From Pseudomonadota bacterium (lineage in GTDB: Bacteria > Pseudomonadota > Alphaproteobacteria > Rhodobacterales > Rhodobacteraceae), in the NCBI GenBank assembly GCA_038530555.1, contig JBCBCN010000002.1, forward strand, positions 51,980-115,979: 64,000 nucleotides of DNA, written 5' to 3'. The position numbers and the translations under genes are program-made. The notes beneath the pieces were generated by a model. That model was not told the origin of the DNA and made no database searches. It saw nothing but the letters and a program-made list of their open reading frames with translations. This document shows positions 38,232-48,912 of this stretch, one piece after another; positions within the stretch are counted from its first letter, which is position 1; every line of letters starts with the position of its first letter.

Positions 38232-40508
38232 TCAGGACCGCTTTCGCCGCTCCTTTCGCTGAACCTTGCGCTTTTTGGCGGCGGACTTGGCGACCTTACG
38301 CTTGGGGGACGCGTTGCCCCTTCGCCCACGACGCCCGCGCGGGCCCGCCGGACCGCTGTCGATCTCCGCCCCGTTCAACTCGAGAAGCTCCAGTTCCAGG
38401 CCGCCGGTTACGGGAACCGCCGCCGTCAGACGCACAAGAACCCGGTCACCCAGGCCGATCACCACCCCGCTGTCAGAGCCCAGGAGCGTCTGCGCCTCAG
38501 CATCGTAGTGAAAATACTCCTGACCGATTGCGCGCATCGGTAACAAACCATCCGCGCCCGTCTCGTCGAGTTTCACGAAGGCCCCGAAGCGCTGGATGCC
38601 ACTGATCCGGCCCTCAAACACCGCGCCAACTCGGTCGGCCAGAAACATAGCCAGGTAGCGATCTGTTGTATCACGCTCCGCCGCCATCGAGCGGCGCTCA
38701 GTCTTAGAGATATGCTCGGCGGTTTTCTCAAGCGTTTCGGCCTCCTCCGGGCTCAGACCATCATCGCCCCAGCCATGGGCAGCGATCAGCGCCCTGTGCA
38801 CCACGAGGTCGGCATAGCGCCGGATCGGAGAGGTGAAATGCGCGTAGGATTTCACCGCAAGGCCGAAATGACCGAAGTTTTCGGCATTGTAGTACGCCTG
38901 GCTCATGGCGCGCAAAGTAGACAGGTTGATCAGTTCGGCCGCCTCATGCCCTGCCGCTTGACTGAGCAGCCGGTTGAGATGTGCGGTTTGCAGGACTTGG
39001 CCCTTCGCAAGATTAAGCCCGGCGGTTTGCGCCACCTCGCGCAGAGCCTCCAGCCGGTCTGGCTCGGGCTCCTCATGGACACGGTAAAGCAGGGCCTGAC
39101 GCTTGGATTTCAAGGTTTGCGCCGTGGCCACATTGGCGAGGACCATGCATTCCTCGATAAGCCGGTGCGCATCGAGCCGCTCTTTGAACGCGACGGATTG
39201 GACCTGGCCAGTATCGCTCAGCACGATCTGCCGCTCCGGCAGGTCTAGCTCCAGCGGCTGACGTTTGGCGCGCGCTCGGAGGAGCGCTGCAAAGGCGGCA
39301 TAGAGCGGCTCTAGGACGGTCTCCAGCAGCGGTGCTGTCGCCTTATCAGGGGTGCCATCGATCGCAGCTTGGGCCTGTTCGTAGGTGAGCGATGCGTGCG
39401 AGCGCATGATCGCGCGGTGGAATTTAGCTTTCAGCAAGGCGCCGTCGCGGTCGATTGTCAGACAGGCCGCGAGACAGGCGCGATCGACACCTTCGTGCAG
39501 GGAGCAGAGATCCCCCGACAGCGCCTCAGGCAACATCGGTACCACGCGGTCTGGGAAATAGGTCGAGTTGCCCCGCTTGCGCGCCTCACGGTCAAGCGTT
39601 GAGCCAGGGAGCACGTAATGGGCGACATCGGCGATGGCCACCCAAAGCTTGAAGCCGCCAGGATTTTTTGGGTCGTCATCGGCAACAGCATAAACAGCGT
39701 CATCGTGGTCGCGCGCATCGGCCGGATCGATGGTGATCAGCGGCATCTCACGCAGATCGAGCCGGCCCTCCGGCGCGACCGGTTCGGCTGCAGCGGCTTG
39801 GGCAAGCACCTCATCGGGGAAATGATCGGGGATCCCATATTCGTGGATCGCGACGAGTGAGGTCGATTTCGGGGCCGAGGGGTCGCCAAGCCGCTCGACA
39901 ATCCGCGCCTTCGGGAGGCCCATGCGTCCACCTGGCCCGGCCAGTTCGGCCTGCACCAACTCGCCGTCCTGCGCCGCTTGCGTGTCACCGGGGGCGACGC
40001 GCCATTCTTTATCGCTGCCCTTGGCGATCGAGACAATGCGCCCGCCTTCAGAGCCTTTTCGGAAAATGCCCAGGATCTGGCGGGGATTGCGCCCAATGCG
40101 GCGGATCAGACGCGCCTCATACTGGTACTCCTCCTCGGCGACCTCTTGAAGCCGGGCGAGGATGCGGTCACCCTCCGCCAAAGCGGGATCGGCGGCGCGG
40201 GCCACAAACAGGATTCGCGGCTCGGGCCCCTCACCCTGCCATTCCATCGCTTTGCAGAACACATCGCCCGACGCGTCCGGTGCCAAAACAGTCAAGACCG
40301 AGACAGGGGGAAGCTTGTCAGGATCGCGGTAGGTTTTGCGCTGTCGCTCGATATGGCCGTCTTCTTCGAGGGCCTTGAGCATGCGCTTTAGGTCGATCCG
40401 CGCCGCGCCTTTGATGCCAAAGGCCTTGGCAATGTCGCGCTTGGAGACCTTACCGGGATGGGCGTTGATCCAATCGAGGACCTCGGATTTGCTGGGAAGG
40501 GGTGGCAT
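38232..40508 (-). CDS. rnr: ribonuclease R
   Basis: 758 aa. RNB domain (ITIDPADARDHDDAV), a C-terminal S1 domain (GRISGIQRFGAFVKL) and a Lys/Arg-rich tail. Confidence 0.92.
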   Translation of the reverse strand: MPPLPSKSEVLDWINAHPGKVSKRDIAKAFGIKGAARIDLKRMLKALEEDGHIERQRKTYRDPDKLPPVSVLTVLAPDASGDVFCKAMEWQGEGPEPRILFVARAADPALAEGDRILARLQEVAEEEYQYEARLIRRIGRNPRQILGIFRKGSEGGRIVSIAKGSDKEWRVAPGDTQAAQDGELVQAELAGPGGRMGLPKARIVERLGDPSAPKSTSLVAIHEYGIPDHFPDEVLAQAAAAEPVAPEGRLDLREMPLITIDPADARDHDDAVYAVADDDPKNPGGFKLWVAIADVAHYVLPGSTLDREARKRGNSTYFPDRVVPMLPEALSGDLCSLHEGVDRACLAACLTIDRDGALLKAKFHRAIMRSHASLTYEQAQAAIDGTPDKATAPLLETVLEPLYAAFAALLRARAKRQPLELDLPERQIVLSDTGQVQSVAFKERLDAHRLIEECMVLANVATAQTLKSKRQALLYRVHEEPEPDRLEALREVAQTAGLNLAKGQVLQTAHLNRLLSQAAGHEAAELINLSTLRAMSQAYYNAENFGHFGLAVKSYAHFTSPIRRYADLVVHRALIAAHGWGDDGLSPEEAETLEKTAEHISKTERRSMAAERDTTDRYLAMFLADRVGAVFEGRISGIQRFGAFVKLDETGADGLLPMRAIGQEYFHYDAEAQTLLGSDSGVVIGLGDRVLVRLTAAVPVTGGLELELLELNGAEIDSGPAGPRGRRGRRGNASPKRKVAKSAAKKRKVQRKERRKRS

Positions 40509-40549
40509 GAGCCCTCATGGTAGCCGGGTTGCGCGGCTTGTGCTGCTGA

Positions 40550-41692
40550 TCAGGCGAAAAAGTCTTGCAGGATGCGTTGGTAGATCTTGGTTAGACCCTG
40601 GATATCGGCAATCGAGACGCGTTCATCAACCTGGTGCATGCGGTGGCCGACGACGCCAAGCTCAACAACCGGGCAATGGGATTTGACAAAGCGCGCGTCC
40701 GAGGTGCCGCCGGTGGTCGACAAGACGGGCTGCCGCCCGGTCTCAGACTGCACAGCGCGCGAGACAAGCTCGGACAGATCGCCAGGTGGCGTGAGAAACG
40801 CCTCGCCTGAGATGCGCACGGCGACCTCAATAGACAGGCCACGCTCTTGCGCGACTTCTGCGACGGTGTCTTCCAGCCACCGGGTTAGGGATGCACCGCT
40901 GTGCAGATCGTTGAACCGGATGTTCAGCCCCATCCGTGCCTCAGCCGGGATCACATTCGTGGCCGTGTTGCCCGTGTCGATGGTCGTGATCGCGAGAGTC
41001 GAAGCGTCGAAATGGTCGGTGCCTTGGTCAAGCTCATGTTCGGCCAAAACACTCGCGAGCTGTGCCATGGCGTGAAGAGGATTGTTCGCCTTGTGCGGAT
41101 AGGCCGAATGGCCCTGCTTTCCGCGGCACACAACCTGCGCGGTGAGCGAGCCGCGGCGCCCGATCTTGACCATATCGCCCAAAGCCTCGGCACTTGTTGG
41201 CTCACCAACGATGCAGACATCCATCGTTTCGTTCTGCGCGACCATCCAATCGAGAAGCGCTTGAGTGCCGTCAGTGGCCAGGCCCTCTTCATCGCCAGTG
41301 ATGGTGAGGATGATGGCGCCGTCTTCTGGCAGGTTGTGCACCATGGCGCAGGCGGCGGCGACAAAGCTAGCAACACCCGACTTCATGTCAGTCGCGCCGC
41401 GTCCGTAGATCCAATCGCCTTCGGCAACAGCGCCAAAAGGGGGCCGGGTCCAGGCGGCTTCATCGCCGATCGGCACCACATCCGTGTGTCCGTTAAAACC
41501 AAAAGTACGCGCGGCATTCTGCGAGCCAAAACGTGCGAAGAGGTTGCAGATGCCCCCGCGATCCACACGCGTGCACGCGAAACCCGCAGCGCTCAACACC
41601 TTTTCTAGCGCGACCAACGCGCCGCCTTCGGCTGGTGTAACTGAGGGACAAGCAACGAGACTGCGGGTGAGTTCAACGGGATCAACGGCCAT
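40550..41692 (-). CDS. dapE: succinyl-diaminopimelate desuccinylase
   Basis: M20 peptidase motifs: [23 protein letters not shown], and SGGTSDARF near the C-terminus. Confidence 0.9.
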   Translation of the reverse strand: MAVDPVELTRSLVACPSVTPAEGGALVALEKVLSAAGFACTRVDRGGICNLFARFGSQNAARTFGFNGHTDVVPIGDEAAWTRPPFGAVAEGDWIYGRGATDMKSGVASFVAAACAMVHNLPEDGAIILTITGDEEGLATDGTQALLDWMVAQNETMDVCIVGEPTSAEALGDMVKIGRRGSLTAQVVCRGKQGHSAYPHKANNPLHAMAQLASVLAEHELDQGTDHFDASTLAITTIDTGNTATNVIPAEARMGLNIRFNDLHSGASLTRWLEDTVAEVAQERGLSIEVAVRISGEAFLTPPGDLSELVSRAVQSETGRQPVLSTTGGTSDARFVKSHCPVVELGVVGHRMHQVDERVSIADIQGLTKIYQRILQDFFA

Positions 41693-41937
41693 GGCTCAGA
41701 CGCCTAACACGTGTCAGCGCAAGCACAAGTCAGCAGGTCGACGGGTAAATCACTTCCAAATACGGCAAAATTGAGTTAACTCTTCCGCACAAAATAAAAA
41801 TAGCCGAGGCAGTTGAGCAGCTTACACGGCGATTGAGTTTTATGACCGCGCGTCTGGGCGTCTCTAAACGAGACGCATCGCGCTTCGCCCCGTGTTGTGC
41901 TGCCGCCCTACCTTGGCCGGAGAGCGGGCAGAGAGAT

Positions 41938-43521
41938 ATGGCGACGGCAAGTGAGCTGACGATCCAAACATTCACCAACCGGACGACGGCTGCGCAGCAA
42001 TTGGCGCAGACGATTTTCGGCAGTGACGTTAACGTTATTTCGGCAAGTTATGACGGCGATCTGGATTCCGTTGGCATCTATAGCGGCGGCGACGCCACGG
42101 CACCCGGTATCACACCTTCGGATGTCGGCGCGATCTTCTCGACCGGTGAGGTCGAGGACGTTACCAACAGCGCCGGTGACCCGAACGTACGCGGGAACAC
42201 CTCCACCAACACGTCGGGTGACAACAATGATCCCGATTTCAACGCTTTGGCCGGGGCCGCGACCGCGGATGCGTCCTTCCTCGAGGCCACGTTCACCACC
42301 AATTCCCCGTTCCTGTCGATCCAGTTCACCTTTGGCTCGGAGGAGTATCCGGAATTCGTCAACTCGATCTACAACGACGTGGTTGGGGTATGGATCAACG
42401 GCACGGAAGTCGCCTCACCTGTCTTTCAGACGACGCAGATCAGCACGCTGAATGAAAATCAAAATGAGACTCTTTATAACGACAATACCGGAGACGCCTT
42501 CAACACGGAAATGGATGGCTTCACCGTTACTCTCAGCCTGATCATCCCGGTCAGCACGACCGGCACCAACACGATCAAGCTGGGCATCGCCGATGTCGGT
42601 GACAGCTTTTACGACTCGACCCTGATGATTGCGGCTGACTCGATCCAAGGTGTATTTCTTGCACGCGACGACGCCGAAACCGTCTTTGAAGGGCAGACGG
42701 CTAATGTCGATGTCCTGGCGAATGACGACAATGTCGGCGTCGCCTTCGTCACCCATGTGAACGGTCAGGAAATCCTTCCCAACGGCTCCGTCACGCTGAA
42801 TTCAGGGCATGTCGTCACGCTTTTGCTCGATGGGACGTTGGATATCCAACCACCGGCAAGCCAAGTCAACCTGACTGATCCAGAAAGCATCAATTTCAGC
42901 TACACCGCCGATGATGGCTCAGGGATCAGCGACACAGCCTTTGTCACGGTCACCGCGATCCCCTGCTTTGCGCGCGGCACGCTCATTCGCACCGAGACAG
43001 GCGAGCGGAGGGTGCAGGATCTCAAGGTCGGGGACATGGTCCATACGCGCGACGATGGCCTTCAGCCGGTCCGCTGGGCAGGCCGGAAACTGGTGGCCGC
43101 AGACGGCGCGCTGGCCCCGGTCGTGATAGAGGCCGGGACCTTCGGCCGCCACCGCCGCCTGATCCTGTCGCCACAGCACCGCGTGATGGTGCAGCATCAC
43201 ATGGCTGAGTTGATGTTCGGCGAGGACGAGGTCCTCGTTGCCGCCAAAGACCTCGTGAACGGGGTGTCGATCTGGTCGATGCAAGGCGGTTTTGTCGAGT
43301 ACCACCACCTCTTGTTCGATCGCCATCAGATGATCTGGTCGGACGGGCTGCTGACCGAGAGTTTCCTGCCAGGTCCCAACACGATGCCGGGCTTCGATGA
43401 CGGTGTCCAAGCCGAGATCTATGAGCTATTTCCAGAACTGCGAGAAGATGCCGCCGCTGGCTATGGCGGCGCGGCCCGCCGCGGACTGAAGGCCTTCGAA
43501 GCCCGGGCGTTGCTCGGATAA
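41938..43521 (+). CDS. Hint (bacterial intein-like, Hint_2-type) domain protein with choice-of-anchor-L-like N-terminal domain
   Basis: ATG 41938 follows a GGAGAG stretch. The N-terminal FGSEEYPEFVNSIYNDVVGVWINGTEVA region resembles choice-of-anchor L. A cadherin/VCBS-like segment follows (ANVDVLANDDN ... FSYTADDGSG). The Hint module starts at Cys (PCFARGTLIRTETGERRVQDLKVGDMV; Cys codon 42964-42966) and ends near LLTESFLPGP. Confidence 0.8.
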   Translation: MATASELTIQTFTNRTTAAQQLAQTIFGSDVNVISASYDGDLDSVGIYSGGDATAPGITPSDVGAIFSTGEVEDVTNSAGDPNVRGNTSTNTSGDNNDPDFNALAGAATADASFLEATFTTNSPFLSIQFTFGSEEYPEFVNSIYNDVVGVWINGTEVASPVFQTTQISTLNENQNETLYNDNTGDAFNTEMDGFTVTLSLIIPVSTTGTNTIKLGIADVGDSFYDSTLMIAADSIQGVFLARDDAETVFEGQTANVDVLANDDNVGVAFVTHVNGQEILPNGSVTLNSGHVVTLLLDGTLDIQPPASQVNLTDPESINFSYTADDGSGISDTAFVTVTAIPCFARGTLIRTETGERRVQDLKVGDMVHTRDDGLQPVRWAGRKLVAADGALAPVVIEAGTFGRHRRLILSPQHRVMVQHHMAELMFGEDEVLVAAKDLVNGVSIWSMQGGFVEYHHLLFDRHQMIWSDGLLTESFLPGPNTMPGFDDGVQAEIYELFPELREDAAAGYGGAARRGLKAFEARALLG

Positions 43522-43609
43522 TTTCCCGAAAAGACCGCAATTGTGCGCGATTCGACACAAATTTGCGGCTTAACCATCTGTCAGTGCCCGTCTGGCACGA
43601 GATGGACCT

Positions 43610-44569
43610 ATGACTTGGACTGCCATTTGGGATCGTTCTGGCGCGCATCACGCGCCGCATTCCCCCCTGCCACAGCAGGGGCAGTCGACCTTCGTCTTTG
43701 AGGGGCGGCTTGCGCAAGGTGGACATGACCAAGATCTTTGGACTGGCAGTGATATCGCCAATGATCCGTTTTCAATTTCCCAGGACAGCCATGGCCAATT
43801 GTTGGTGCGGCAGGGTAGTCAAAGCAAACGCATCGATAGCCGTCGGGTGGGCCCGGGTGATCCGTTTCACTTAACCGTAAGCGCGGCGCCGGATCGTCGC
43901 TTTGCGCTTCTCCATCTGAAAAACCTTGCCAGTGGGCAGAGCTTCGCCGTCTCCCTAGACGGTGTCGCGCCGCTACAGCTTGAGGATGTCGCGCCGCCCA
44001 CAACCCGGCTTGCCGAGGGCACAGAATTCGCAGCCTTCGCCAATCAGGACGCGCCGATCGGAGAGTTTGCAGGCTTCGAAACCGGCACCCTGATTGACAC
44101 GCCTTTTGGACCGCGCCCGATCGAAAGTCTGGCTATCGGCGACATTGTGGTCACTGCCCAAGGGGCGCCAGCGCGCCTGATCAACACCGATAGGCGCGAG
44201 GCGCTCAGCATGGGCGCTATGGCAGCTATCCGGATGCGGGCGCCTTATTTCGGTTTGAAGCACGATGTGCTGCTTTCGCCCTACCACCACGTGGCCCTGT
44301 CCGGCCCAGAGGTCGAGTATATGTTCGGCTGCCCGACTGTGCATGCGATGGCCTGTGACTTGGTTGATCATGTCTCGGTGCAACAAGATTTTACCAAGCA
44401 GACCCGCATCCTTCACCGATTGCATTTGGACCGCTCCGGCTATCTCGGATTGGGCCGGGCGCAGGTGGAGGCAGGATCGAGCGATATGGGAGACTGCCCG
44501 CGGATCGACCGGATCAACGCCCATGCCTTACGTGCCATGCAGGATAGCGGTCGGGATTTGCTCGGCTAA
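43610..44569 (+). CDS. Hint domain protein, degenerate (no Cys1)
   Basis: AGFETGTLIDTPFGPRPIESLAIGDIVVT aligns with the Hint start of the upstream gene, but Gly (44072-44074) replaces the Cys. The TESF-type end motif is absent. No signal peptide. Confidence 0.7.
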   Translation: MTWTAIWDRSGAHHAPHSPLPQQGQSTFVFEGRLAQGGHDQDLWTGSDIANDPFSISQDSHGQLLVRQGSQSKRIDSRRVGPGDPFHLTVSAAPDRRFALLHLKNLASGQSFAVSLDGVAPLQLEDVAPPTTRLAEGTEFAAFANQDAPIGEFAGFETGTLIDTPFGPRPIESLAIGDIVVTAQGAPARLINTDRREALSMGAMAAIRMRAPYFGLKHDVLLSPYHHVALSGPEVEYMFGCPTVHAMACDLVDHVSVQQDFTKQTRILHRLHLDRSGYLGLGRAQVEAGSSDMGDCPRIDRINAHALRAMQDSGRDLLG

Positions 44570-44641
44570 GCTATGCGACCGGCGCCGACACGTGGCGCAA
44601 ATGGTCCTTGTGCACAGATCGCTCCGCCTTGGGCCCAAGGT

Positions 44642-44974
44642 CTAGCGCTCGCTCAACACTTCGACCTGCGCGACGATCACCGCATTCTCATCCAGCGCAC
44701 GCTGCATTAGCGCGGCCTCCGCGTCATCGGCTTGCGCCTTATCACCAAAAACCTCGCTGCGGGCGCCGAGGCTTTCTACTTCCAAAGGCGCCATGTCGGC
44801 TTGCTTCAGGACGGCAACGGTCTCCCGGACGGCCTCATCCTCGCTGACCCCGGACGCATAACAGAGCAAAGCCGCACCCGTGGCAGCCTTGGGAAGTCCA
44901 TCTCCCTCCTTACGGCCGACATGCACGGTGAGGATGTAGACCTCGACGGACTTTCCCGATTTCGATTTTCGCAC
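44642..44974 (-). CDS. hypothetical protein
   Basis: 110-aa ORF filling an otherwise empty gap, convergent with the Hint pair. No recognisable motif. Confidence 0.4.
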   Translation of the reverse strand: MRKSKSGKSVEVYILTVHVGRKEGDGLPKAATGAALLCYASGVSEDEAVRETVAVLKQADMAPLEVESLGARSEVFGDKAQADDAEAALMQRALDENAVIVAQVEVLSER

Positions 44975-44988
44975 GATCCGATCTCACC

Positions 44989-45237
44989 CTACCGCCGAAG
45001 CGCGCGAACCCCTGCGATCAATAGACAGGCACCGATTAGACCGGCCAAGCCCTGAGACATCGCGCGAGGCGCAAAGGAAATGCCCAGCGCACCCGCGATG
45101 AAATTCGCCACGATCGCGCCGACGATGCCCAATAGAATGTTGGTGAAAATGCCGGTATCGGCCTTCATGATCGTACTGGCCGCCCAACCGGCTAGGCCGC
45201 CCACGATGACGGCGGCAATCCATCCTAGTCCTTGCAT
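44989..45237 (-). CDS. GlsB/YeaQ/YmgE family stress-response membrane protein
   Basis: 82 aa. GWIAAVIVGGLAGWAAS...GIFTNILLGIVGAIVANF is the typical transglycosylase-associated-protein pattern. Confidence 0.8.
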   Translation of the reverse strand: MQGLGWIAAVIVGGLAGWAASTIMKADTGIFTNILLGIVGAIVANFIAGALGISFAPRAMSQGLAGLIGACLLIAGVRALRR

Positions 45238-45309
45238 GCGTCCCCCTTAGTGCTGCGTTTCACCCAACGTCCAATCGTAGGGCCCGGCTATAGGCAGGAT
45301 CAAGCAAGT

Positions 45310-46137
<828 letters not shown>

Positions 46138-46298
46138 GTCGACCTCCGGTGACTTACGGGGCGTGCCATATCGCCCCCGGGCGCAGGCGACAAGACGGGG
46201 CTGGGGATCGCCGCAGCTTGGCGCGTTGCACGTCGAAGCTTAAGGACACCCGTTCGATCTGGCTTGTTCCGATCAGGTTCCGCAGTTTCGGCGATCCT

Positions 46299-47036
46299 CT
46301 AGCTATCGTGCGCAGAGGCGGGCTCAGGTGCGGCGGCTGGCCAAAGCGGCGGCGCATTTAAGCGTTCCTCCAAATCAGCGTTGAAGGACGCGAGGTCGCC
46401 ATCGGTGTTCAGACCGTCCTCCAAATGCTCGATGCTGATCGAAACGTGGCGCCTACCCTGCCTGATAAAGAGAAATGACCAGAACAGATCGTGGGACGGG
46501 CGGTCAAAGCGGCTGAGCCCTTGGATCCGCAGCAAAAGAACGGGCGTATCGGGCACCGCGCGCAGAATTTCGTAGGCGCCCGCGAAATGTGGCTGAATGA
46601 TCTCGCGGGGCTGACGTTTGACCTGTCCGCCCGGAAACAAAAGGACGAAGCCCCCCTTGCGCACGATCCGCCGCATCGTGTCGAGCGCCCAGGCCTTGCG
46701 TTCAGCGCGGCGCTCCGGGGGCCAGGCTTTGGGAGAGCTGAGCGGTACCGCATTGGCAATCAGCATTGGCAAAAGCTGCGCCGGATGGTGGTATTCATCG
46801 TAATGCACCGCTGGGCGCACCCGCCGGGTGGAATAAAGGATCGAAGCCACCATAGGTCCGTCCAACCGGCTTACATGACTGGCGAGGATCAGGCCGCCGG
46901 GCAAGTCCTGAAGCAGATGCTTGTTGGAGCATCCAATATTGTAGAAGAGCGCGAAATACCCTCGCACCAGCAGGAACGCCAAGTGGCGCAGCCATTTGCC
47001 CAAAGTGGCGTCCAGAATACGGCGGACCTGTTTCAT
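46299..47036 (-). CDS. lysophospholipid (1-acyl-sn-glycerol-3-phosphate-type) acyltransferase family protein
   Basis: HxxxxD motif in ASHVSRLDGP and FPGG in block III. Confidence 0.75.
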   Translation of the reverse strand: MKQVRRILDATLGKWLRHLAFLLVRGYFALFYNIGCSNKHLLQDLPGGLILASHVSRLDGPMVASILYSTRRVRPAVHYDEYHHPAQLLPMLIANAVPLSSPKAWPPERRAERKAWALDTMRRIVRKGGFVLLFPGGQVKRQPREIIQPHFAGAYEILRAVPDTPVLLLRIQGLSRFDRPSHDLFWSFLFIRQGRRHVSISIEHLEDGLNTDGDLASFNADLEERLNAPPLWPAAAPEPASAHDS

Positions 47037-47158
47037 CTTGGGCTCCCTTCGTACCGCCCCACGGCGACCTCGGCCCAGCCGTGACTGGCCAAGCCAAACG
47101 CTAGCCTATATGCAAGAAAGCTCGCGGCAAGCCCGTGCCACAAGCGCAGGAAAACGCT

Positions 47159-47998
47159 ATGAAAGACGACCACTCGCACCGGCCGATGCGCAAGGCGCGC
47201 CAAGATATCGAGGCGACCCAAAGCCTGCCCGACAGCGAACAGGCGCAATCGCCCGCCTATCGCCTGGCCTTCGCCGATCCGGACTTTCTGTGCCGTGAGG
47301 AGTTGCGGCCCGTGAGGCTCCAACTCGAACTTCTGAAGCCACAGCTTGAGATGGATGAGCGTCAGATCGCCTCGACCGTCGTTTTGTTCGGTGGAGCGCG
47401 GATCGCGGAGCCCGGCAGCCCAGCCAAAACAGAAACCTTGCGACAGATGAGCGCCTATTACGAAGAGGCGCGCGAATTTGCCCGCAAGATCACCGAGCGG
47501 AGCCTTGAAACCGATTGCACCGAGATGGTCGTCGTCACAGGGGGCGGACCGGGTGTGATGGAGGCCGGGAACCGCGGCGCCGCGGATGCCGGTGGCTGCT
47601 CGATCGGGCTCAATATCGTTTTGCCCCATGAGCAGGAGCCCAACCGCTACATTACGCCGGAGCTGTGTTTCAACTTTCATTATTTCGGCGTGCGCAAGAT
47701 GCATTTTCTCATCCGCGCCAAAGTTATCGCGGTGTTCCCGGGCGGTTTCGGGACACTCGATGAGCTGTTCGAGACGCTGACCCTGATCCAAACGGGCCGC
47801 ATGGAGCAGGTGCCGGTGCTTTTGTTTGGCGAGGCCTTCTGGCGGAAAATCGTCAATTTCGATGCGCTTGTCGAAGCCGGGACGATTGCGGCCGAAGACC
47901 TCGAGTTGTTCCGCTTTGTCGAGACCGCCGATGCCGCATTGGACGTGATCGACGCCTGGGATTACTCGGGCCGTCGCGGCGGGATTCCAGGGCGCTAA
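47159..47998 (+). CDS. LOG family (TIGR00730-type) nucleotide phosphoribohydrolase
   Basis: VVTGGGPGVMEAGNRGA and PGGFGTLDELFE motifs. ATG 47159 preferred over track start 47135. Confidence 0.8.
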   Translation: MKDDHSHRPMRKARQDIEATQSLPDSEQAQSPAYRLAFADPDFLCREELRPVRLQLELLKPQLEMDERQIASTVVLFGGARIAEPGSPAKTETLRQMSAYYEEAREFARKITERSLETDCTEMVVVTGGGPGVMEAGNRGAADAGGCSIGLNIVLPHEQEPNRYITPELCFNFHYFGVRKMHFLIRAKVIAVFPGGFGTLDELFETLTLIQTGRMEQVPVLLFGEAFWRKIVNFDALVEAGTIAAEDLELFRFVETADAALDVIDAWDYSGRRGGIPGR

Positions 47999-48912
47999 CC
48001 GGCGGTTTCAAACGACAGGATTGACGCGCATTGCCGGGGAAGATCACCAAGGGTCAGCTCCCGACGCGGCGGTGCGGGCACTGCGTTTGGATCGGGCGGC
48101 GGAGCGGGCACCCGGCCCAGGATCCGATCCACCCATTCGCGCGCCTCGTCACAGCCATCCCCAGGCGGCACGGCCGCCTGCTCTACGCAATCGGGTGAGC
48201 CTGACGGGCAGTTTAGCCGCACGTGGAAATGGTAATGATGCCCCCACCACGGCCGGATCCGCCTGAGGTAGTCGCGATTGCCGGTTTCGTTTTCGCACAT
48301 GTAAACTTTGGCGCCCGGAAAGACGAAAATGCGTGCGACGCGAGGGTCCGAGGCGGCAGCACGGATCACTTGCCAATGCTCATCCGTCCAGTTTTCGCCC
48401 GTATAGGCCCCGCTGGCGCGGCGGGTGGAGATCGACGACAGGTTCTCTCGATCCGTCACACTCAGATCCAAGCGACGCGCAGGCAGCATCCAAAAATCGA
48501 CATCGAGGCCGGATTGATGACTGCGATGCCCGGTCAGCATCGGCCCACCGCGCGGCTGGCTCATATCGCCGACATATATCCCGTCCCAAGTCGTCGTCTC
48601 GGCCACCGTTCGGCTGAGGTCTTGGATATAATCGATCAACTCGGGGTGGCCCCAATGGCGGTTGCGGCTCAGGCGCATGGATTGCCAAGTGGGCCCGTTC
48701 TCGGCCAATTGCACGGCCCCCGCCACACAACCATTGGCATAGCCGCCGATGACTTCGGCGCTGCCCTCAGATCCGTTTTGCTCGGCACCGAAAAGCTCCC
48801 GCGCCTCTTGCCCGGACATCGTCGGCGAAAGCGGCGGCAGGACCTCGCGCGGGGCATCGACACAGGCGGGCAAGGCGAGACAGGCAACCAGGGACAAAAT
48901 CTTGCGCATCAT
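47995..48912 (-). CDS. mepA: penicillin-insensitive murein endopeptidase
   Basis: Signal peptide. HRSHQSGLDVD and HHYHFHVRL zinc-binding motifs of MepA (peptidase M74). Confidence 0.8.
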   Translation of the reverse strand: MMRKILSLVACLALPACVDAPREVLPPLSPTMSGQEARELFGAEQNGSEGSAEVIGGYANGCVAGAVQLAENGPTWQSMRLSRNRHWGHPELIDYIQDLSRTVAETTTWDGIYVGDMSQPRGGPMLTGHRSHQSGLDVDFWMLPARRLDLSVTDRENLSSISTRRASGAYTGENWTDEHWQVIRAAASDPRVARIFVFPGAKVYMCENETGNRDYLRRIRPWWGHHYHFHVRLNCPSGSPDCVEQAAVPPGDGCDEAREWVDRILGRVPAPPPDPNAVPAPPRRELTLGDLPRQCASILSFETAG

